This document shows positions 5,868 through 12,358 of a stretch of DNA of 12,358 bases, one piece after another. The notes beneath the pieces are model-generated. The model was not told where the DNA came from. It did not search any database and worked only from the letters and a program-made list of their open reading frames with translations. Numbering within the stretch: position 1 is the first letter of the stretch; each line of letters opens with the position of its first letter. Source of the DNA: Candidatus Firestoneibacteriota bacterium (GTDB taxonomy: Bacteria > Oederibacteriota > D2-FULL-39-29 > JBDRBU01); the NCBI GenBank assembly GCA_043822305.1, contig JBDRBU010000116.1, forward strand, positions 1 through 12,358, written 5' to 3'. A program made the position numbers and the translations under genes.

Positions 5868-6260
5868 CTATTCACTTGTTTCTAATTGTTCTTTTGGGCC
5901 GGATGTAATTCTTAGAGAAACCCTTGCTTTATTATTATTTACCTCTATTAACTTTACTTCTACTACAGCAATATTGCTAATTACTTTTCTTAAATCTCTC
6001 GATTTTGTAACAGTGCCAAAACTCTTATATATTTGCAATACTATGGAATTAGAGTCATTTATTTTTGATAATTTAATTTCACCTTTAGGAACACTTTTTG
6101 ATTTTATCATCACAAATTTGCCTAATTCTATATCTAGTATAAGGGGGTTTTGAATTTCTTTTACAGATGTGGTACTTTTAAAAATTGGTCCTTTTATGTA
6201 TTTTTGATAGGCAAAATAAATTAACAGTCCTAGAATTAAAAGTATTATTAGTTTTTTCAT
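5868..6260 (-). CDS. Hypothetical protein with an N-terminal membrane anchor and a small beta-rich domain
   Basis: SD AGGAGG (6272-6267), MKKLIILLILGLLIYFAYQKY anchor, fills an otherwise empty gap and has its own promoter. Confidence 0.8.
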   Translation of the reverse strand: MKKLIILLILGLLIYFAYQKYIKGPIFKSTTSVKEIQNPLILDIELGKFVMIKSKSVPKGEIKLSKINDSNSIVLQIYKSFGTVTKSRDLRKVISNIAVVEVKLIEVNNNKARVSLRITSGPKEQLETSE

Positions 6261-6280
6261 ATAAAACCTCCTGAAATAAT

Positions 6281-6309
6281 TTGACTTTAAAGATAATATA
6301 ATATATAAT
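6281..6309 (+). promoter_or_regulatory. Sigma70-type promoter for the Ig-like gene-glyQ-glyS unit
   Basis: TTGACT (6281-6286), 17 bp, TATAAT (6304-6309). Confidence 0.7.
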
Positions 6310-6336
6310 TATATCATGAATTTATCTGTTTGTAAA
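6308..6336 (-). promoter_or_regulatory. Sigma70-type promoter for the 5868-6260 gene
   Basis: Minus strand TTTACA (6336-6331), 17 bp, TG-n-TATAAT (-10 at 6313-6308). Confidence 0.65.
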
Positions 6337-6343
6337 GAATTAT

Positions 6344-8164
6344 ATGAAATATCTTAAAATAGTGTTAAGTATATTTGTTGTTTTTGTTATTGGATATTTA
6401 TTGTTTAAGGAAAATATCAAGGAAAGCAAGGGAAGTAAAGAAAGTAGGGAAAGCAAGGGAAGTAGGGAAAGTAAAGAAAGTAAAATAAAAGAAAGTTTTT
6501 TAAAACCGAAATTTGAGATGGCTACTTCAGATATGAAATTTGATTTTAAGAAGGATTTAGGAATTAAAAGTAAATCTAAAACATCATTAGCAGGTTCCAA
6601 ACCTGATTATAGTGTAAGCATAGCGCAAACTGGCAATATTTCTGGAACGGCTGTTTTACAGGATTCACAATTTAATGAAGGTATATGCATTTCTTTAGAA
6701 AAGACAGTTTACTCTACATATACAGATGAAAATGGGAAATATTCATTTCAGTTTTTACAAGAAGGTAATTATAATTTAATAGCCAGTATGTCGGAATATA
6801 TTTCTGAAAAGAAAGAAAATATAACTGTATCGAGTAGTAAAGATATTAAAATCCCGGAGATAGTGCTCCAGCCTAATTTTGATATGGCTTATCCAAAAAT
6901 CATTAGGGTAAAGCCAGAAAGGAATTCAAAAAATGTTCCTGTTCCAAATTCTTTTGGAGTATATGGGATGGAAAAAGAGATGGGCCGGACTGGATTTTGC
7001 CTGAGTTTAGATTTTAGCAAACCTATGAATATAGAAAGTGTAGAGAAAGGAATAAACTTTGAACCACCTTTGAATTACAACTTTCAATGGATTGGCAACA
7101 AAAGACTATTATTAAAAACAAATACTTCTTTGCCTGTTGATCCATTAAGATTAAAGACAACATATAAGATTTTATTTAAAGAGGGTATATCAGCCATTGA
7201 TGAGAAAAAGATGGTAGATTTAACTCCAATTGAGTTTAGTTTGGGAGGATTTAAAGTAGTAGAAACAATTCCTAAAAATAATTCAAGTAATCATCCGCCT
7301 CATAAAAGGATGTTCGAAATATTTTTTAATTCACCAGTTGATAGGAACACGGTTAATTTTGATACATTTTTAATATCTCCCAAAATTGATGGAAAGATTA
7401 ACTTCTCAGATACTAAATTAAATTGTATCTCATATTCTTCTGTTGAAAAGTTACCTTCAGATACTAAGTGGTTAATTACTTTAAAAAAAGATATAAAAGA
7501 TTCGTACGGTATTGGTTTAGATGAAGATTGTAATTTAAATTTTTTAACATCTCCTTTGAAAATTGCCGATGTTTGGCCAAAGGATAATGAAAAAAATGTT
7601 CTAACAAGTAGTTATCCATATATTTTTTTTAATACAACAGTAGATAAAGATTCTTTTAAGAATTCATTTGTTATTTTACCTGAAATAAAAGGAAATTTTG
7701 TCTGGTCAGCAGATAAAAATGAAGAGGAATATTGCAATTTTGTGCATAGTGATTATTTTAATACTAATACAATTTATAAAATTAGTATATCTGATAATGT
7801 TGTTGATCTATATGGTAAAAAGATGCAAAGACCATATAGTTTTTCTTTCAAAACTGAATCACCGCGGGTTAGTTATATGAGGCCTGATAGTGGGAAGGTG
7901 AATATAGAAACAGATACTGAGGTTAAATTAGTTTTTAATACTTTAATGGAACGAGATGAAACAGTTAAATGTGTGTCCATATTTCCATTAGAAGAAATTT
8001 TGTTTCATTGGGGTTCTGAAAAAAATTATGATATATTAAGTATTGAGCCAAAGCATAAATGGAAATCCAATACTGGTTATACCTTTGTCGTGAATAATAA
8101 AGCAAAGGATTTAAATGGTAATAGTCTAATCAAGTGGTTTAAAGGGGAGATATTTACCAAATGA
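6344..8164 (+). CDS. Membrane-anchored surface protein: carboxypeptidase-regulatory-like domain plus four bacterial Ig-like (Big_5/SbsA-type) domains
   Basis: N-terminal TM; TGNISGT...[19 protein letters not shown]; four repeats of the pattern P.......(N/V)V....I.F(S/N)..(M/V)(D/N)...T.Y.I......D..G......F.T. Confidence 0.85.
   Translation: MKYLKIVLSIFVVFVIGYLLFKENIKESKGSKESRESKGSRESKESKIKESFLKPKFEMATSDMKFDFKKDLGIKSKSKTSLAGSKPDYSVSIAQTGNISGTAVLQDSQFNEGICISLEKTVYSTYTDENGKYSFQFLQEGNYNLIASMSEYISEKKENITVSSSKDIKIPEIVLQPNFDMAYPKIIRVKPERNSKNVPVPNSFGVYGMEKEMGRTGFCLSLDFSKPMNIESVEKGINFEPPLNYNFQWIGNKRLLLKTNTSLPVDPLRLKTTYKILFKEGISAIDEKKMVDLTPIEFSLGGFKVVETIPKNNSSNHPPHKRMFEIFFNSPVDRNTVNFDTFLISPKIDGKINFSDTKLNCISYSSVEKLPSDTKWLITLKKDIKDSYGIGLDEDCNLNFLTSPLKIADVWPKDNEKNVLTSSYPYIFFNTTVDKDSFKNSFVILPEIKGNFVWSADKNEEEYCNFVHSDYFNTNTIYKISISDNVVDLYGKKMQRPYSFSFKTESPRVSYMRPDSGKVNIETDTEVKLVFNTLMERDETVKCVSIFPLEEILFHWGSEKNYDILSIEPKHKWKSNTGYTFVVNNKAKDLNGNSLIKWFKGEIFTK
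6422..6484 (+). repeat. Seven tandem 9-bp units (consensus GRAAGYARR) encoding [21 protein letters not shown]
   Basis: gaaagcaag ggaagtaaa gaaagtagg gaaagcaag ggaagtagg gaaagtaaa gaaagtaaa. Confidence 0.9.
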
Positions 8165-9021
8165 ATTTTCAAGAAATAATGTTTAAATTAAATAGATTTT
8201 GGGTAGATTATGGATGTGTTATATATCAACCATATGATATAGAGAAAGGTGCCGGGACATCAAATCCCGCGACATTTTTTAATGTTCTGGGTAAAAAGCC
8301 AGTAAAAGTTGCTTATGTTGAGCCATCGAGAAGACCTACAGATGGAAGATATGGAGAAAATCCAAATAGATTGCAGTTGTTTTATCAATATCAAGTTATA
8401 ATTAAGCCCCCTCCAAAAGATATTCAGAATGTATATATGATGAGCTTAAAAAAGTTAGGAATTAATCCAAGACAACATGATATAAGATTTATAGAAGATG
8501 ATTGGGAATCACCAACACTTAATGCCTGTGGAGTTGGATGGGAAGTAAGGTTAGATGGATTAGAAATTACCCAGTTTACTTATTTTCAACAAATGGGGGG
8601 TGTTGAACTAAATCCGATTTCTTGTGAGATTACATATGGATTGGAAAGAATGGCTATGTTTATTCAAAAAAAAGAAAATGTGTTTGATGTCGAGTGGGCG
8701 AAGGGTGTTAAATATGGAGATATACGACATAAATCTGAAGTGGAGTTCTGTAATTATAATTTTAAATATGCGAATGTTGATATGCTGGTTGAGTTATTTA
8801 ATAAATATGAGAACGAAGCGGAAAGTTTGTTAAAGAACAAGTTGGTATTACCGGCATATGATTATGTGTTAAAATGTTCACATACATTTAATTTATTAGA
8901 TGCAAGAGGTGCGATAAGTGTAACTCAAAGGATAAATTATATTAATAAAGTGAGAAATTTGGCAAAAAAATGTGCAAAAGGGTATCTGGAAAGTATTGGA
9001 GAGAATAATGGTTATGAGTAA
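8161..9021 (+). CDS. glyQ: Glycine--tRNA ligase alpha subunit
   Basis: [87 protein letters not shown]. Confidence 0.99.
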   Translation: MNFQEIMFKLNRFWVDYGCVIYQPYDIEKGAGTSNPATFFNVLGKKPVKVAYVEPSRRPTDGRYGENPNRLQLFYQYQVIIKPPPKDIQNVYMMSLKKLGINPRQHDIRFIEDDWESPTLNACGVGWEVRLDGLEITQFTYFQQMGGVELNPISCEITYGLERMAMFIQKKENVFDVEWAKGVKYGDIRHKSEVEFCNYNFKYANVDMLVELFNKYENEAESLLKNKLVLPAYDYVLKCSHTFNLLDARGAISVTQRINYINKVRNLAKKCAKGYLESIGENNGYE

Positions 9022-11062
9022 TGATTTATTATTAGAGATAGGTGTAGAAGAATTACCGGCAAGCTGGATATTGCCTGCTTTAGAGCAGTTGAAAGTTCAT
9101 TCAAAAGTGTTATTTGAAAAACAAAGAATAAGATATAAAGATTGCAGGGTATTTGGTACTCCAAGAAGATTGGGTATTTTTTTATTTGGTGTAGATGAAA
9201 AACAGGAAGAAAAAATTATTGAAATAATTGGTCCACCCAGAAAAGTTGCATTTGACAATTTAAATAACCCTACGAATGTTGCCATTAAGTTTGCAGAAGG
9301 GCATAAGGTAAATGTATCTGATTTAAAAATAAAAAAAATTCCCAAAGGTGAATATGTTTATATAATTAAGACAGAAGGAGGACATAAAACAGAAAAAATA
9401 CTGCCGGGTCTTTTAAAAGAGTTGATTTCATCATGGTCATGGCAAAAGTCAATGAGATGGGAAAGCGACTTTAGATTTGCTAGACCTATAAGATGGATTT
9501 TAGCCTTATTTGGAGATTCAGTTATAAAGTTCAATATAGCCGATGTAACTTCAGGAAATAAAAGTTATGGGCATAAAATACTTAAAACAAAACCGATAGT
9601 AATAAAGAACATATCTAAATTTGAGACAGTTTTAAGAAAAAATTTTGTAATTTTGGATTACGAGGAGAGGAAAAACTTGGTATTAGAACAAGTATTTAAA
9701 ATTGCAAGCAGGATAAAAGGTATTCCGCATATGAACGAGAGATTGATTGAAGAAGTTGCTAATACGATTGAATATCCTAATGCGATTCTTGGAAAGTATG
9801 ATAATAAATATCTTGATTTACCTGAAGAAGTGTTGATTGAAGTTATGGAAAAAAATCAGAAGTATTTTCCAGTAATTAATAAAGATAATAAATTACTTCC
9901 TTATTTTATATTTGTTGAAAATGGTATAGGCCAGTACCATCATACGGTAAGAGAAGGGAATGAAAGAGTGCTTAAGGCAAGATTTAAAGATGGTGAATTT
10001 TTCTTTAAAGAAGATAAAAAAACCACTCTTCATAGTAAAGTTGATAAATTGAAATTAGTGGTTTTTCAAGAAGAGTTAGGAAGCGTGTACGATAAAATTC
10101 AAAGGTTAACGATGCTAAGTGAAAAAGTTAAAGAAATATTTAAATTGTCAAATTTGGATAAAGTTAAAAGAGCGATTTATTTATGCAAAGCAGATTTAGT
10201 AACAGATGTTGTCAAGGAATTTCCGGGTTTACAAGGAATTATCGGAAGAGAATATGCTTTAATTGATGGCGAGCCAGAAGAAGTTGCGAATGCTATTTGT
10301 GAACATTACCTGCTACCAAAATCAACTATTGGTCTGGTGTTAAGCATATTGGATAAAATAGATACTATTGTCGGTTGTTTTTCTGTCGGGTTAATTCCAA
10401 CTGGTTCACAGGACCAATACGGGTTAAGAAGAGATGCTTTAGGTATAATAAATGTAATATTTAAAAATAATATAGATATCAAATTAAAAGAAATTATTGA
10501 TAATTCTTTTGATACTTATTCGAATAAATTAAAAGTTGATAAAGAAAAAGTTTCATTTGATATATTGGAATTTTTTAAAGGCAGAATGCAGAGTATTCTT
10601 TTGGAAAGGAATATAAGATATGATATCGTCAATGCAGTTTTAAATGTTAATTTTGATAATATTTATTTGACATTTATCCGGGCAGAAATACTAAATAATA
10701 TAAGCAAAAGAGATGATTTTAATAAAATCATTACAGTATTTTCAAGAGTTATGAATATATTACCCAAAAGTTTAGGATTTAAAGAAATAAAAGAGAATTT
10801 GTTTAGGGAAGAGATAGAAAAAGAATTATTTACTATGGTTAAAAGTAATGAAAACAAGTTTTTAAACCTTATAGATAAGAAAGAATTTGATAAAGCGTTT
10901 GATATTATTTCAAGTTTTTCTCCACACATAGATAGATTTTTTGATAAAGTTTTAGTCATGGATAAAAACAATGATATTAGAAATAACAGGTTATCTTTAC
11001 TTCAATATATAAATTCAATGTTTACAAAAATAGCAGATTTTAGTAAAATAGTAATAAAATAG
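9008..11062 (+). CDS. glyS: Glycine--tRNA ligase beta subunit
   Basis: [48 protein letters not shown]...[33 protein letters not shown]; start set at ATG 9008 (GGAG at 8998-9001), 9014 also possible. Confidence 0.98.
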   Translation: MVMSNDLLLEIGVEELPASWILPALEQLKVHSKVLFEKQRIRYKDCRVFGTPRRLGIFLFGVDEKQEEKIIEIIGPPRKVAFDNLNNPTNVAIKFAEGHKVNVSDLKIKKIPKGEYVYIIKTEGGHKTEKILPGLLKELISSWSWQKSMRWESDFRFARPIRWILALFGDSVIKFNIADVTSGNKSYGHKILKTKPIVIKNISKFETVLRKNFVILDYEERKNLVLEQVFKIASRIKGIPHMNERLIEEVANTIEYPNAILGKYDNKYLDLPEEVLIEVMEKNQKYFPVINKDNKLLPYFIFVENGIGQYHHTVREGNERVLKARFKDGEFFFKEDKKTTLHSKVDKLKLVVFQEELGSVYDKIQRLTMLSEKVKEIFKLSNLDKVKRAIYLCKADLVTDVVKEFPGLQGIIGREYALIDGEPEEVANAICEHYLLPKSTIGLVLSILDKIDTIVGCFSVGLIPTGSQDQYGLRRDALGIINVIFKNNIDIKLKEIIDNSFDTYSNKLKVDKEKVSFDILEFFKGRMQSILLERNIRYDIVNAVLNVNFDNIYLTFIRAEILNNISKRDDFNKIITVFSRVMNILPKSLGFKEIKENLFREEIEKELFTMVKSNENKFLNLIDKKEFDKAFDIISSFSPHIDRFFDKVLVMDKNNDIRNNRLSLLQYINSMFTKIADFSKIVIK

Positions 11063-11080
11063 GGACACTATTTAAATTTA

Positions 11081-11098
11081 CAGGGTCTAAAGACCCTG
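11081..11098. repeat. REP-like palindrome
   Basis: CAGGGTCT-aa-AGACCCTG, perfect 8-bp arms; minus strand reads GTAC-T-CAGGGTCTTTAGACCCTG. Confidence 0.65.
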
Positions 11099-11118
11099 AG
11101 TACTGGATGGGGATATAA

Positions 11119-11481
11119 ATGCAAAAAGAAAAACGTATACATGAAAGAGTTTCGGTTGTTATGTCTGGAGTTAGGTTTAAGGATGTTGATGCTTTAGAAC
11201 CATCACAAATGCTTGGTGATATAAAAAATATTAGTTTGGGTGGAATATGTGTTGGGACTAATGAGGAAATAAAAGCTGGTGGTAAACTTAATTTGAGTTT
11301 TGTATTTCCTGATGGTAGAGAATTTTCTGACATAACCGGGAAAGTTATTTGGGTAAAAAGGAGTGATGAATCGAATTTAGCAGGGATTAATTTTTTAAAA
11401 TTAGGATTATTTCAAAGGATAAAATTATCAAACTCTATAAAAAGAATTATGACTTACTTTAATGTAAGATCAATATATTAG
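11119..11481 (+). CDS. Standalone PilZ-domain protein (c-di-GMP receptor)
   Basis: EKRIHERV (RxxxR), NISLGG ([D/N]xSxGG), GKVIWV, GINF. Confidence 0.9.
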   Translation: MQKEKRIHERVSVVMSGVRFKDVDALEPSQMLGDIKNISLGGICVGTNEEIKAGGKLNLSFVFPDGREFSDITGKVIWVKRSDESNLAGINFLKLGLFQRIKLSNSIKRIMTYFNVRSIY

Positions 11482-11542
11482 GAATACTTGATTGCAAAGC
11501 AATCAGAGTAGGAATAGTTGGTTACGAAAGTAACCAGACTAT
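11481..11542 (+). ncRNA. Tandem pair of homologous bulged hairpins (candidate cis-acting structured RNA)
   Basis: Units 11481-11510 and 11511-11541 differ by 6 substitutions that form 3 compensatory base pairs, plus one loop indel (AAA vs GAAA). Confidence 0.6.
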
Positions 11543-11553
11543 GAAAGAAAAAA

Positions 11554-11883
11554 ATGTTTAAAGAAGAAAAAAGGGAATATAAAAGAATACCAGTATATTT
11601 CAAGATAGCCAGTCTTAGCGTTCTTGAACCTTCTGAAAATTGTGGTTATATTAGAGATATAAGCGAAGGCGGAATGAAAATAGACGCTATTACAAGAATT
11701 GAATCAGGTATTACGATTCTGTTAAATTTTTCATTACCTGTTGATGATTTTGAGTTTAAAGATGTAGGTGCAATAGTTAAGTGGATAGCAAAAGGTAGAA
11801 TGGGGATAGAGTTTATAGATTTAAGTGAAAGACAAAGACAAGTTATAGAAGTATATGCAACTGAGTATGGCCATTTAAAGTAG
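11554..11883 (+). CDS. Standalone PilZ-domain protein (c-di-GMP receptor)
   Basis: EKREYKRI (RxxxR), DISEGG, AIVKW, MGIEF. Confidence 0.92.
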   Translation: MFKEEKREYKRIPVYFKIASLSVLEPSENCGYIRDISEGGMKIDAITRIESGITILLNFSLPVDDFEFKDVGAIVKWIAKGRMGIEFIDLSERQRQVIEVYATEYGHLK

Positions 11884-11940
11884 TCGCAGGCTTTTTATTT
11901 CTGTATCCGAGTATAACAAGTGGTACAGGGTTAGCCTGCG
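11880..11940 (+). repeat. GTAG-type REP-like extended hairpin
   Basis: GTAG (11880-11883), CGCAGGCT (11885-11892) pairs with AGCCTGCG (11933-11940); inner stem CTGTATC/GGTACAG with one G.U. Confidence 0.55.
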
Positions 11941-12003
11941 TGATTTATCAGGCTTTTATCCGCAAACTGTTACACGATTTGGCTTAATTTAGGATGATGA
12001 GAT

Positions 12004-12243
12004 ATGGATTGGATTCGAAAAATAAAAAGATGTTTTGTTAATAACTCAGTATTTTATACGAGACATGCTAAGTATGAGATGGAAAATGAAGAATTTGGTC
12101 GAATATTTGATGATGAGGTGTGCGAATCTGTTTGTAATGGAAAAGTTATAGAAAAATATCCAGAAGATAAGCCATATCCAAGTGTTTTGATATATGGAAG
12201 AACAAAAATTAATCGTTCTTTAGAGGCTGTCCCAAAACTATGA
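12004..12243 (+). pseudogene. DUF4258-like (putative toxin-antitoxin toxin-like) gene, C-terminally truncated
   Basis: FYTRHA..EM, NGKVIEKYPEDKPYPSVLIYGRT..NR matches the family; the usual PLHxV...ITVY ending is replaced by LEAVPKL*, read from an IS-like end. Confidence 0.7.
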
Positions 12244-12358
12244 TTTAGAGGATAAAAAATAAATTTATTTACAGAAAAATTAAAAAGATATACAAAAATG
12301 AAATGATATATGGTATAATAAAGTTTGATGAAAGGAATAAAAGGAAATTCAGGAGGTA
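12223..12358 (+). mobile_element. Probable left end of an insertion sequence (IS5/IS1182-like terminal repeat) continuing beyond the window
   Basis: GAGGCTGTCCCAAAA begins where DUF4258 similarity stops, after TTTA; it is followed by TG-n-TATAAT (12311-12319) and SD AGGAGG (12351-12356). No transposase is visible in the window. Confidence 0.5.

Noticed and set aside
6340..6600. 86-aa minus-strand ORF with an LSLLSLLP repeat
   Set aside because: The hydrophobic repeat is only the reverse complement of the 9-bp tandem repeat
7698..8833. Short alternative-frame ORFs 7698-7880 and 8624-8833
   Set aside because: Nested in the Ig-like gene and in glyQ, with no motifs of their own
9097..11333. Minus-strand ORFs 9097-9345, 10663-10971 and 11040-11333
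   Set aside because: Antisense shadows of glyS and the first PilZ gene
11481..11545. c-di-GMP-I (GEMM) riboswitch or mini-CRISPR
   Set aside because: GCAAAGC and CGAAAG occur, but in the wrong order and as simple hairpin loops without the GEMM junction; the two units abut with no spacer and no cas genes are present

Overview
AT-rich bacterial window, probably from a diderm (O-antigen-ligase-like and LolA-like genes are present); I cannot assign the taxon. The left part (1-5841) is a co-directional accessory operon: a secreted LolA-like protein with a one-base frameshift, a Sec-exported 70-aa peptide with mirror-symmetric cysteine spacing (C-X17-C-X2-C-X8-C-X2-C-X17-C) and a C-terminal PGPPPSS tail, a 21-bp G.U-containing RNA hairpin, a small 3-TM protein, an O-antigen-ligase-like/alpha-beta-hydrolase fusion, a membrane-anchored rhodanese, a MauE/DoxX protein and a secreted two-domain alpha-beta hydrolase. 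Upstream lies a consensus promoter whose spacer is a (TA)6 tract. I infer this may be an undescribed extracytoplasmic maturation system for a disulfide-stapled, possibly O-glycosylated peptide. The middle holds a small minus-strand membrane-anchored gene divergent from an Ig-like (Big_5-type) surface protein that is coupled to glyQ-glyS. The right end holds two standalone PilZ genes separated by tandem hairpins with fully compensatory substitutions, several REP-like palindromes, and a DUF4258-like gene apparently cut by an IS end. All family calls come from motifs recognised by eye; no searches or folding programs were run.
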